Source: Chlorokybus atmophyticus (taxonomy: Eukaryota; Plantae; Mesostigma and Chlorokybus algae). From it: DNA of 64,000 bases. Below the pieces are notes generated by a model, which worked only from the letters and a program-made list of their open reading frames with translations, ran no database searches and was not told the origin of the DNA. The translations under genes and the position numbers were made by a program. Of this stretch, positions 48,450 through 61,300 are shown piece by piece; position 1 is the stretch's first letter; each line of letters starts with the position of its first letter. The stretch is from positions 124,001 through 188,000 of the forward strand of contig RHPI01003587.1 in assembly GCA_009103225.1 (NCBI GenBank), given 5' to 3'.

Positions 48450-49117
48450 CCATGTTCGCATAGGGAGAGCAAGGTGCCGGTGGGGTGTCCTTGGTGTTAA
48501 ACCCCATCATGCCTACCAAGGGCACAGCCAATGACAACAGAGACTTGGGCGATATCTTACAGGGCTCACCCTCCGAGTGGGCAAAGCATGTCACAGCGCA
48601 CTCGACCACAAAAGACTTGGTGCTTGTATGGTCGATTTGTGGTAATTTACTGTACCTTCCCGTTACATCCCCCCCCACTTAAGAACGCTGACGTCCTCGG
48701 CAGCTGGCGCTCATCAGCTGGGGAATCTTCCAAGGGGTCTGATTTAGAGTGGGTCACCGGCCCCACCACCCAAGGACCGGCCAATTAAGGCCCATACCGG
48801 TCAACGCGCGCATAGCGCGCCGCTGCCGGCCCCACAGGTCGCGTCGCCGCGATAGGCAGGTCGCGCCCTGCCGCGCCAACTGAACTGGTCAGTTCGGCGC
48901 GACTGCCATTAGGCAAGTCGCGACCCATTGATGATGGCACTTATAAAGTGACCATTTACGATGTTATTGGATCGAAAAACAACGACCGCGGAATTCGTGT
49001 GCAAGGCAGGAATTGAACCCGGGTCTCAAGCTCCGATGACCAATGTCATAGCCCACTCGACCACAAAAGACTTGGTACTATTATGGTCGATTTGTGGTAA
49101 TGTACGTTCCCGTTACA
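48450..49117 (-). mobile_element. Miniature LTR element (TRIM-like), related to chromovirus A at the PPT
   Basis: Two diverged LTR starts TGTAACGGGAA...GACCACAAAAGACTTGG at 49117 and 48667. CGAGGACGT...AAGTGGGGGGGGA-TG PPT as in chromovirus A. No ORF. Left boundary and TSD unresolved. Confidence 0.65.
48999..49070 (-). ncRNA. tRNA-like Pol III promoter inside the LTR
   Basis: A box TGGTCGAGTGG (49053-49063) and B box GGTTCAATTCC (49009-49019), 44 nt apart. The D-stem GTCG/TGAC pairs. Confidence 0.7.
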
Positions 49118-51599
49118 AAGCCACACCACAATATTGCCTCCAGGAACATCCCACCCACCAGTAGTTGCAACCGCGGCGACATGATTGAAGGGACCAAATA
49201 AGACGGGCATACCCAAGGTGGGTTATAATGCACTGTCAATGCCACATGCTAGGGTTTTTTTATCGTGCACATGCACAGCCTCAAGTATCTTGCACATGAC
49301 ATACACTGTTAATACCACATGCACACCCTCATGCACAGCCTCCAGTGTCATGCACATGAACATCATGACCAATCTCGCAAATGCACAGCCTATTTCTACT
49401 TACGGGAGCTCACAAGTTGCAAAAGAGAATCTGCGGAGTACCACGAACGGGTAATCCATGACCTAGTTTGATGTTTCCAGCGGCACTTAAGCAGTATGCT
49501 TGCGGATTGCCATGTTAGACAGAGTGAACCAACAGCAGCGCAGCAGGCTAACTATATGCCTAGCGGAGCGCAACAAAGTGGAAGACAAGGTAAGCATGTG
49601 TATGCTGATGGGCTAGTCCTCTGGTGCTGACATCAAAGCTGAAGGACGAAGTAGCCGCTGTATTGTCAGCGAGCGAGGCAGCAGATGAAGATGACTCCGA
49701 TGTTGAAGCAGAAGACTTGTCGGAGGAGGAACACGAGGAGGGGGTTGAGGAGGAGTTCTGAGGCAGGCACCACGGGTTGACAAGCTGCGCATGAGTGGGA
49801 CACCTAGATTGAATGTTGTATGTAGTTTCATGCGCAAGTCGGCTGCTTAGTTGCAAGTGGACACACTCTCACCACTGCGAATACGTTGTACATATTGTGG
49901 GCTTATAGTTGCAAGACCAAACAATCAGGCCAAGGTTTGTACAAGCTGCATGGCATGTTAGTGTTGGCTTACGACAAGGATTGTCAACTTGTGTCAAACG
50001 ATAAGGGTCACATATGAACAGCAGTATAACGGCAAGGAAACTGCCGGCTATTGCTGTCAGCTGTCCGTGACTACCGACTAACAGCCATTTATGCACATCG
50101 ATTAAAGGGTAACTGGTTGACAACTCTTGGCCGGTCAGGGCCACCGACAACCACGTTCACCCCGCGGTCGTCTGCGTCAGTCCACATAAGCCAACGGCAA
50201 ACCCAAAAGTCCAAACGTAACATTCCAGGCAGCGGCAGGCAGGCTCAGGCACCCGTCAGCCCCTCAGTCCTTAGTCAGTCACTATGTCAAATTTGCGACG
50301 TTGTCCTTAGTGGGTGCACACTTATATGTTAGAGGCGCATACACACAAACACTAGGCGCATCACTAGTTCTCAACATCCCCGCCCTCTGCCAACACCGTA
50401 ACTACTACTTAATATTTGGCCTAAGCTGCGCCGCAGCCATTTTTTGTACACCCTTGTCAGGGCGCTCATCCAGTGCTAGGGGGCTATGCATTAGCTTCCC
50501 CGTGACCTTTAAGCTTTGCTTATCAATAGTGTGATTTACAGCTCGTCGGTTTAGGAGCCTTGAAGAAGATCCTGAGGAAACCCTATGTGCTCTAGGCATT
50601 TGGGGGCACAAGAGTCTCATAACCCATCGACGACTTTTAAATGTTATGGGCGTGCATTTCATTCGCTTTATGAACTCGTGCGACTTACGGGGCGTGAGGG
50701 CGGGTGCCAAATGGCAGCAAGCTTCGCCACCGCAACTGTGGCCTCCATTGTATCGCCTAGCTTAGTATTAAATCACAAAAACCGTTACGCCTCGTCCCGT
50801 AGTACAGCCTTTTGCCACCATAACCAAAGGGTTGTTACATCCACTCACCCTCCTCATAGTTCCTTACCCTTACCTCAAACATGGTGGATGTCTTCAACAA
50901 CCTCACCGCACTTGCCACCTATGCCAACAATGGCGCCACCATGGTAGAAATTGAAGCGACAAGAGAAGACACATGTCATAGAAAACTTATTAAGTGAGTG
51001 CTTGTGCCCTCTAATGGTGCAACCTGAAGCACAGAAGGTGCAAGAGTCTCATATGAGTGACTTAATAATTATGTGTTTAAATCATGAGCGCTAGCGCTCA
51101 CTTCATGAGCTTCATGAACTCATATATTATTATATGCTCGTAGTGTTGTGCTATAAAATGTATGATTCTAGCAAGCCTTATACAGCTGCATACATCTGTA
51201 TACATTCTTATAAGATGCTCCATGTTTTTGCATGCATGCTATGACACAATTAGACGGTGCTTAAAAGTAAGCGCACATAGTCGTAAGAGCAGGTCTGTTG
51301 TTGCAATTATCGAATCCGATGTAATGGTGCATCATACATGCACGCAACCATAGACTACGTAACTGCGTGCATGTGTAACTTATACGTATGATACATTAGA
51401 TGTACATCCTTATGGCGTGAAAAGTGGATGTTCCCATGCAAAAACATAGCAACTTTTTCATGCATGGTTGGACCGCGTAATGAAATTAAGGGCTTTTGAG
51501 CATACCATGCAATGTTGGCAACACAGACAAATAGTGTGCGTGTGGTTATTCGACAGCGCAACATTTGTATTATTGCTACACCACCCCCCAGCTAGCTAA

Positions 51600-53200
51600 C
51601 AAGCGTACTTTAATTGTTGCCATAATATTAGAACGTGGGGCTCAATTAGTGGTCACGACAATGGAGGCTCAGCATTTACATTTATAATTAAATTGATATT
51701 AATATAGGTAGAATAGAAAATAAGATGCAAACAAGCTTGCTGCTGGAATCTCTTCAACTACTCTGTATCATTACAGTGCAACTACAAATGCTGACTTTGA
51801 AAGTCTTCAACCGCTATGCACAAATACAAACCATAAAAGTAAGTACAAGGAGAGTTAAAGTTGCTTCATTAATTCGTCAGTTACTAGTTATTGGTATAGA
51901 GCAATGCCGACTTTAAAAGTCTTCATATGTAAATATTCGCTATACAAATTGTTTTTACAATGGAAAATACTTCATGTTAAAGTGAAATGTGAGCGGATTG
52001 TATGATGAATGTTGTGCATTGATTATCAAGCTAGTACAAGATGTATAATGTATGTTGTCAAGCCTTATATGCAATTCTTTGATAATTCACTACTATTTAA
52101 ATGAGTACATTTTTGTAAGAAGTTAACGACAATAACAGTATTTATAATGCAATGACATTCACTTGATGTCAATAACATGTTGAACAAAATAATCATTAAG
52201 TCAAGGTATGATGATTGTAAAGAACGAGCTTATACGGTGTATAAAAATGTAAAGTTATACCGACAGTTATTGATATGCCTTATTGAGCTACTTTACAGCT
52301 TTTAATCATATGAGGTACTCTGACATTTAAATATGTAAAAATACTCCAGGCAATTTGTCGTATGCATACATTCAGATATCATAAACCCAACTTAATTAAT
52401 CATGCGTTGCCCTTTTTAACATGCAGGAAAATTTAGCTGATGCCGGTTGCAAACCGGCAGTACATTGGCGAACTTGCAACCTAATGTTAGTGCGTCAAAC
52501 ACTTGATGGTGATGCAAATGCACAGCTTTATGCTCCAAGATCGCCTCATATATACAGCTTCTGCACTTTCGTGACGGGGATTATAACGGTATTTAACTTT
52601 ACGTCATGGTAAATTATTACTCATGACTCATGCAAAGTAATGCAGTAATAGCGTATTAACACAAAAGTGCTATTATGCACCGTTAATGTCCCATAAGAAA
52701 CTCTACTTAAAAAATTAATCCCCGCTTATGTCCCAAGATAAAGCTACAGTGCTAGCTATTTGTATATGTTGTTGCAATATATATCTTCATACAAAAATCG
52801 GAGTGAATTTTGCACTTGTTTGTACAAATATGCTTGTACTACACATTCGCCTTGTTTACACATTAAACGAATAGCTATACAACGCTATTGTCTGCTACGG
52901 CACGCAGCGCGACAATATCAATCAATGTATATCATGAATATGAATCACATTTTTTGTGTCTAGGCTCGAGGTCGTAGGCAAACACCCTTGCTTATTACAA
53001 TCAAGCAAAGGTGTTTGCCTATGATTATCGTTCTGTAATGATTGTGTTTCATATACAACATATATGAGAGATAAAAAGACCGAATTTGGTAATGGCATGC
53101 AATGCTGTATTATGAGTAAGATTGATACCGTATAATATAATATGGTTGGAATGGCATATGGCATGGGTGCGAGAAGCTGAGATACATGTCTCATTGGTAT
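51600..53200. other. AT-rich non-coding tract between the TE nest and host genes
   Basis: Visibly AT-rich relative to its flanks, with no credible ORF. Confidence 0.6.
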
Positions 53201-53941
53201 GATGCACCAAGCAGCACCCTCTTCGCTCTTAAAGCGCTTTCACCTTTACTCGCAACATCAATGAGTATAAACCTCGCATAAGTGGTTCAGGAGTTAAGCC
53301 TTACGCCACGCGCACCCCTTTAACACAACTATCCTAGCTGGGGTCGCACGGTGGAGACCCCATTGCATCATGAAAGGCGCCGTGACAGCAACCGCATGAA
53401 CTATTCACTGTCGGCATATTGTACTCCAAATTGCGCATATCAAGGCTATTCATGCGCCATTCATGATGTCGCCCCAACCATGGCATCTTGCCACCATTGC
53501 TGCTCAGCATTGTTAGCTATAATTTTATTGAGTACACAACCTGTTTGGAGCTATTGTGGTGTCGTAAGCTGCTCTTGATGAGCGCGTCTGCAATCTCTCA
53601 TGATGAGGTTGGGAGTGAAGCCCCACCTTCCTACAAAGCGGATTCATACACCGCAAATGGATTTCGTTACCAAGAATTACCACTTAGTTAGGCAAGCGCC
53701 ATGGCAGTAAGGCATTGCTAGCTCGAGCACCCATTCCACAAGCGCATGTTGCTTGGATGAAATGGCCTCCACTATAATTTCCCACAATTACAATGATGTG
53801 CATAACCCATGCCCCCTCCCGCGTCTTTCCAACTACTGCATATGTGCCCAACAAAGGCAAAACCCACGTGCAGACGCACCCACTGACCGGTTGAGTGAGA
53901 GGTCAGCACAAACAGCAATCGAGCAACGACCAAGCACTTCA

Positions 53942-56900
53942 TCAAGGCCAGTGTTTCTTCTGTTTCGCCGAGCTCTGCCGCGAGTAGCCAGTACTACTAC
54001 TGGAGCTAAGCTTGCTGGCAGCTGTGCACAGTACACAACGCAGAGTAACTTCCATGTAACATACATCTTGAGCTTGATAGCGCCCATTTGCGCTTGGCGT
54101 GCTGGTCTTTCTGTTTAAGGAAGACAACCTCTCTGGCGGCATGTTGCTCTGCGAATGCGACGGTGAGCTCAATCCGCCTGTGGCGTCCTCAAGACACGGT
54201 ATGTGGTATGAGTGCGCGCAGAAGAAAATGGCCACGCTGCCTTGATGCATAGAAATGGGGTCCAAGCACATGCAGCATCTGCCGCTGCCGCTCGGGACTG
54301 TGAACAAACGACCAGATGTTGATGGCATCTGCAGCTCCTCGTCAGCACGCGCAGGTGCTGCTGCGCTTGGGGTTGCTGCCAGCTTCTCTTCATTGGGCTG
54401 CCGGCTGTCGCTGGAGACAGTGCTTCCTACAAGCAACAAGGCCACGCGTTTACATAAGAGTGCACGCGTTTGCTGGCTTAATGAGTAGACAAGACGCAAC
54501 AATGCAGAGTCGCGCAAGCCAAGTGTGGCGGTTATGTGGTCACTCACCGGAGGTGACAAGGTTGCCAACATGCACGCCATGCTTTGCTTCAAGGTAATGC
54601 CGTTCTGCTAGCGCCTGACAATCAGCCTTTAAGATCTCATTGCAGCCATGCGACAGCGACATGTGCGTTCGGTAGTCGGCAACTATACGTACAAGCCGGT
54701 TCCGCAACCTGTGTTCAAGGAACAGCAAGTCTGAGTCAGTGCGCAATGCCATGACAGCTATGCCAATCTCTGCGGTGGCTATGCAACAAACCCCTACCTG
54801 GGAATGGGCATGCCATCAGGAACACGCTTGAGCAGTAGCAGGGGATCTAAGTGGCGCCCTATGTGTTCAAGCAATGCGCCAACAAGATTTGGGTTTGTGA
54901 GGCTGCGCGTTATGAGATCCTCCCACAATTCATCGTCGTGTTGCTCCGTAACAAATTCTATCGCCTGATTACCACACGTCAGAATCGGTATTGTTATGGG
55001 TGGCTGTCATGGCAGCAAAACTGGACAAAATTTAGCAACTCATGCGAATGATGCACACCTGCTCAACATCCTGCAACTTGTCCATGATGATGGCGAGCGC
55101 CTCGCTGCTGTTGCCCATCCGCCCCAAGACAAACACCATTTCCCGCATCAGACCGCGTGACTTGCAGACTTCAAGTGCCTGCACATAATCTGTTGTGACA
55201 ACTACGCCAGCTGAAAAATGCAGAAGGGGATGACGCCAGTTCAAACCTTCTCAAGCGGGTAGTAGTTGCTAGACCGCAAGAAGGGAAGCAGCATCTTCCT
55301 GTCGTAATCTGCATACAACTCCACCTGCAGACACACAGCTGTACATCTGTGTGCATCAATGAAAGCTTGTGCCCCGCATTCTCTTAGTTACCAAACTGCA
55401 CACTCGGAACTGCGTGGTGGCATTGCCTGCATGCCTGTACAATCGCCTAATGGCTGACACACCTGAAGTGCATGAAAGTCTGAGCTGGCTGAGGGGTGTC
55501 GCTCAAACAGCTCATGCAAGTAACGGTGGAGGTGCGGCCGAAACTCTTTGCGCTCCTGCAGCTGCGATACGACGGATGATGGCGGAACAGACTGCCAGTT
55601 CTCCACCAGCATGGCAATGGCGCGAGGAGGGTCCAGCGCCACCAGCATCGCAACCTGGCAGCGGACATCATTAGGATCGTACTCAACAGCTGAGACAGCA
55701 AGCCAACTGGTGGCCCTGAAGCGGACCTTATCATCAACAGCTGTGAACAGGTTGTGCTGTGCAATAAACTCGAACGCTTGGGGCCGCTTCAACTCCAGCC
55801 AAATAGCCAGGGTGCGCTCCAACTGCCCGTCATACTGGTACAGCTCAGCCAGAGCTTCCTTGAGCTCTACCGTCTGAGGGCCACTCTGCCGAATCGCATA
55901 TCAGCTTTATCGCATCAGCTGGCCAGAACAGAAAACCAAGCATTTACTTTGTAGCCACAGCAAACAAACCTGCAATCGTTGAAGTGCTGCTGCTATAATG
56001 GTTTGCACGTTGTATACATCCCGTGGCCAGGCCAGGATCGTGGTAAGAAAGCGTCCATGGTCAGCGGGAAGCGCCAAAAACGTGTTGAGAACCACCTCAT
56101 ACACTGTGGATCGCAACCTTGGGTTCTCCGTGGGTATGTATGACGCGAGCGCCGGGAGCTGGCGCAAGTGCGCGAAATGGAAGACAGCGCGCTCCCACGC
56201 CGCAGCACTCAGTCGCAGCAGCTTGGGACAGAGGGCTGCTGCCTTCTCAAACTGCCTCTCAGCTAAAAGGTGCTCAAGGTAGCGCCCGCCAACCTCTTCC
56301 AAGGTCTGCGCTTGCAATGAGGGGCTCGCTTCACCTGCCTCCGCGGCGGCCAACGCCCGCTCATACTTGCCATGCTGTCAACAGCACAACTGATCAAGCG
56401 CGAAATACGAGTACACTAGCTAGGATGATGTAACCTGAGCGGCCTGCACGTAAAACAGCAACCCAACGGTACCTGAAGCAGCCAAGCAATGTGATCGTCT
56501 CCATCCCGGGGTCGAGCAACCACCAGGTCCTTTGGGGACACTATATAATACAGCGGCTCTTCACCGTCAACCCATCTCCCGTTGCGCGCAGTTCGCGTGA
56601 TCATGGTCTCACTCGTTTGCACTGTGGGGGCGTGCGCCAGCATGTAGTCGTTGGCCTGCGCACACACACCATGCAGGTAACCAATCTGACATCACCATAG
56701 CATACGGAGCGCCAGCAGGCCATTCGTCCAAAGTGGCAGCTTACTTAGCCAGCACTGCACTAGTTGCTGCTGACCTCAAAGTGTTCGTAGCCGTGTATGG
56801 ACAGTGCATCGGAAGCGAGTTCTTCATTGGTCCAAGTAAGAATGCGCACTTCCGGCCGCTCCGCGAGCCTCTGTCCCGCGAGTGGTGCCTTTGTGAAAGG

Positions 56901-58207
56901 TTGGCAAGCGGGCGTGGTGGGTGTGTCATTGGGAGAGACGTATGCAAGAACGGCGAGGGCGTTGCCGTAGGGGGCGATGCCGCAGATGTAGTAGTCGGTC
57001 TGGAAGGTGGCGAGGATCTCAACATACTTGGCCCCTCCGTAACCGGCCATCTTGCTGGAGATGGAGGCGTCGCCTGTGCGGACGGCAGCGATCTTAATGG
57101 AGTCGGCCCAGCCAATGAGCAGCGTGGGGTCTGTGGCGGCCTCAACCCAGCAGACGTGTGGGCGGTATGCGTCCGCGCGGGGGCTGCCCCTCGGCCGGTC
57201 CATGTATGCGATGCGCTGGTACGTGGCGCAGTCGTACAGCTTGACCCCGACATCGTTGGCCCAAGCAATGATGCTCCCCCTCCACTTGATTGCGTGGATC
57301 GATCCCTCACCCGCATGCAGGATTGCGTCGCTGCGCCCAAGCCACCCTTTCGAGTTCATAACCAGGTGACCTGTGCGTGCATGGCTAAGGTTGAACGGCA
57401 TTGAAGCAAGTTGCAGCTTCCAAAGCGCAGATATTGGTATGTACATGGGTATTATTGCAGGTACAATAACAGCTGCAGCTTCGTGGTCCTAACCTGGACG
57501 TACCCGCAAGTCCGCCAGCTGCAAAGCGCTTTGCTTTGCTTTCAACATAGTCGGGGTCGAGAGCGACAGCCTTGACCGGGCGGTGGTACTGGTGCAGAGT
57601 CTGCTCATCCGTGTACAGCCCGCTCACCACCACCGTCCCATCATCCGAACCGCTCCCTATGTATTCGCCTGCACGCATGACGAACAACAAACACATCATC
57701 ACCCAACCCTGTGCTTGATGCTGAGACCAAGTCGCTTTTAGCATGCAATGCAGTATCAGTGAATGCTGCCTTTCAGCTTAGCCAACTGTGCTGCATGCTA
57801 GCGACATTGTGATTGGGCGTCTGTGTGTTCTAAGTTGTTGGGTTTAACATTACAGGCTTACCTGCGGCGTCGAAGCAGAGGTCGTTAACAGCAGCAACGT
57901 GGGCGGCGAAGTGCTTGATCTGGTTGCCGTTAAAATCCAGGACGTAGACGTGCCCATCATGAGTGCCCAGCGCCACCATTTTGGGCGCCACGCACAGGCA
58001 CGAAGCGGAGTCTGACGCCAGCAGATCCGTCACGCTCGCGCCCAGCCTCTGGTACTTCAGCAGCGGCTCCTCCTCCTCCTCCTCCTCCTCTTCTTCCTCC
58101 TCCACCTCCTCCTGGTCTTCCAGCACTCGGTCGTCTCCTGCCCCCTCAACATGATCAACGCGTACTTGTGCGTGCGGGACTCCAGTCTCTGCTCCGTCCT
58201 CCTGCAT
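53942..58207 (-). CDS. VPS41: Vacuolar protein sorting 41 (HOPS subunit): WD40 propeller, clathrin repeat, RING; ~12 exons
   Basis: EEPLLKYQRLG, LGTHDG, IKWRGSIIAWANDVGVKLYD, YYIVSPKDLVVARPRD.DDHIAWLL, EALAELY, AIEFVTEQHDDELWEDLI, LSHGCNEILKADC, C-terminal RING. GT-AG exons traced approximately: 58207-57862, 57668-57503, 57370-56775, 56655-56473, 56374-55970, 55885-55727, 55654-55463, 55324-55247, 55178-55059, 54964-54797, 54708-54548, 54426-53942. Confidence 0.95.
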
Positions 58208-58392
58208 GAAAGCAACAGCAGCCGGACTGACCACACCTCCTCCTCCGCCTACGCCACCACCGCTGCTGCCGCTTCAGCTCTGAGCTGCTCTCAGCTTGCA
58301 CGCAAGCAGCATAGATTGTGTGTCCAAATTAGGGTTAGGGTTGCTCACAGCTTGCGTAATACCTGGCTAGTTGTCGGGCGTGCAAGTGCAGC
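58208..58392. promoter_or_regulatory. 185-bp bidirectional promoter containing TTAGGGTTAGGGTT (telo-box-like, 58329-58342)
   Basis: Lies between the divergent ATGs of VPS41 and PLAA. The motif is read directly. Confidence 0.55.
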
Positions 58393-61300
58393 ATGGCGGC
58401 GGCGGAGGAGGACATGGGGGGAGGAGGGCCCTTCAAGCTCAGCTACGAGCTGCGCGCCCACGAAGATGACGTGCGTGTTCATTCGCTCGCTCTCTGTTTC
58501 ACGTCCTGCTCATGGTCTGCATGCTCAGCTGCTCCGCCAGTGCTCTGGTCCTGTTTGAACCCACCTTGAGTTGGCGAAAACAGCAAAGACGCGCTTGTAT
58601 GCGTTGACCTGGTGCATGGCTAGCAGCACTCACCATTGTCAACCACAGTATGTACGATCACAGTCATCGCGTTGCAAACTGCACCTTACAGCTTGACGGT
58701 CACTTGTGATCAAGCTCTAAAAAGGCTGGCATGTATAACCCTTCCGCCAGTGTGTGATTCAGCAACATACGCAGTTGCGTTTAGTGTACTTGATCAAACC
58801 TCCACAAGTCACATGCACGTTTAGATCGCATACACAGGGCGAAGTCTGATAGTAGTGGATGCAATTAATAACATGCCAGTTGCCTGAGTTCGCAAGGGGG
58901 TGGCGACACTTCTCGGTTCAAATGATGGAGAATGTTGGGTGATTTTGCTCGTGTCCTTATTGTGTACAGGCATGCATGTCACCAGGCGTGTTTCACCATT
59001 GGTACAGCCGTGGTCCTGCTTGATTTGCTTGACTGTTTTATTGCTGGGATGTAGTCTACAAACGGTCATGCACAGTGTTTACATTGGTTGAATGGGCAAA
59101 CTGCAGGTGCGTGGCGTGTGCGCATGTGTGGGCGGGGAGGGCGGGGAGGCCATTGCGACGGCGTCCAGGGACAAGACCGTCCGCTACTGGGCGCCGGCCA
59201 GCACTGAGGGTGGTGGCAACCGCTACGAGCTGAAGTCCACTTTCGTCGGCCATACCTCCTTTGTGGGCCCCGTCGCCTGGATGCCCTCCCAACTCAACGC
59301 CTCGCGCTTCCCCGCTGGCGCCCTCGTATCCGGTGGCATGGACACGCGCGTGAGTCTCTCCAACTCTCTAACTCACTCACATACTGAAGTTCGCTGCCCT
59401 GGATATGTTTCATGCCCTACGCACTCGCGCATGCAGGTGCTGGTGTGGGACGTGGTGAGCGGTGCGCTGGCTCAGGAGCTTGCCGGCCATGAGCTGCAGG
59501 TCTCCTCTGTTGCCATCCTGCCCAACGGCGACATCGTCTCCGCTTCTCTCGACAAGTATGTTGTGTGAGACTTTGAGTACGCACAGTAACATCAGTCACT
59601 GTCGGTGTTTGCTCTCATGTGCTTGCACCGTTGTAGGACGATTCGGGTCTGGCGTGAAGGCGCGTGCATTGGCGTGCTCACCGGCCACGAGGGCCCCGTG
59701 CTAGCCGTGCTCGCCCTGCCCAATGGCCAGATCTTGTCAGGTTGGGGCACACTCGTAGCCAGGCAAAGGGCAGGTTTTCAGATTGTGAAGCAGAGAGAGC
59801 ATACTCTCATCCAACTCATGGGTTGACACACGCAGGAGGTGCGGACAAGACAATCCGGTTGTGGGAGGGATCCAAGTGCGTGCGAACATTCACGGGCCAT
59901 TCAGGTAAGTGTGTTACACCAACCCGCAAAGCAGTAGAGCTAAAGCAAGACGCCGTGCTTATTGACATGTGGTTGGCTTGGGTGCTTTCAGACTCTGTGC
60001 GTGGACTCTCACTGGTGCCAGATGTGGGCGTGCTTTCTGCCTCCCATGACGGGTACAGCTATTGATGCCGACATGTCCCTGTTGTACGTGCAAGTTGAGT
60101 TTCACCACAACGCATATCTTTGTTTCAGAACGGTGCGGCTGTGGAGTTTTCAAGGCGATGTGGTGATGGAGCTGGTGGGACACACGGCACTGGTCTATGC
60201 AGCAGCCGCCAACACCATGGACGGCACTGTGGCCTCCGCCAGTGAGGACAACACCGTGCGTGTGTGGCGCGGAGGCGAGTGCGTGCAGACCATCCCGCAC
60301 CCGGGCTGTGTCTGGGGCGTGGTATTTCTGTCCAATGGTGACCTTGCAACCGCGTGCTCCGACAGCGTGGCTCGCATCTGGACCACCTCCGCTGACCGCG
60401 CCGCCGACGACCAGACCGTTGCTTTGTTCGCTGCAGCAATCCTGGCACGCCAGACTGCAAGGTACATCTGTTGGTTGCTGTTGCTTCCACGCTGCCTTTC
60501 AGTGTTTCAACGCCCAGAACATTTACCAACATATGCTTTGCAGCAAGACTGTTGGGGGCGTGCCTGTCAGCGAGCTGCCAGGGTTGGAAGCGCTTCAGCA
60601 GCCTGGTCAGTGCTATCACGGTGGTGGTATTGATGTTGTCGCTTGCTCGGACGCCTTTGTGTAACATTCCTGCCTGCGCGCAGGCACGAAGGATGGACAG
60701 ACCAAGATCATAAAAGAGGGCGATTCGGGTGTTGCTTACTCCTGGAACAGCCGCGAGTTCAACTGGGACAAGGTGGCTGCTGTTTTTGTTGTACTAACGT
60801 TTGTGTTGTACGGGTGTGTTTCAAGGGGTCTATTCACACAGGTTGGTGAAGTGATTGACGGGCCAGATGATGGAGGCTTTGGCAGCCGCAGCCTTCACGG
60901 TGTCACATATGACTATGGTATGTTGTACGGTCTTGCTGTTAAACTCATGGCAACGCACAATGCAGTGTCACGCAAAGCTTTGACACTATAGTGGTATTGT
61001 TGCTACAGTGTTTGATGTAGACATTGGCGACGGCCAGCCCGTGCGCAAGCTCCCCTACAACAGAGGAGGTGCGGCATCACATGCCACAGTCCATTAGCAT
61101 AGTGGTCTTGTTGTTGACATACGTATGTGTGCAGACAATCCGTACACGGCTGCTGCTAAGTTCCTGGAAGACGAGGACTTGCCCATGACTTACAGAGACC
61201 AGGTTGTGGAGTTCATCAACACGAACACCCAGGCTGCAGCACCCCAGTATGATGTCCCTGCCAACTTTGACCCCTTCACTGGCGGTGAGTGCTGTTGTTG

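Noticed and set aside
49200-49780. Coding-like fragments with an acidic tail (AYFYLRELTSCKRESAEYHERV..., EDDSDVEAEDLSEEE)
   Set aside because: Probably the 3' end of another decayed TE gene, but no diagnostic motif supports a call.
56733-57404. 223-aa plus-strand ORF and other long antisense ORFs over VPS41, PLAA and Gypsy pol
   Set aside because: Shadow frames of GC-rich real coding sequence with no motifs of their own.
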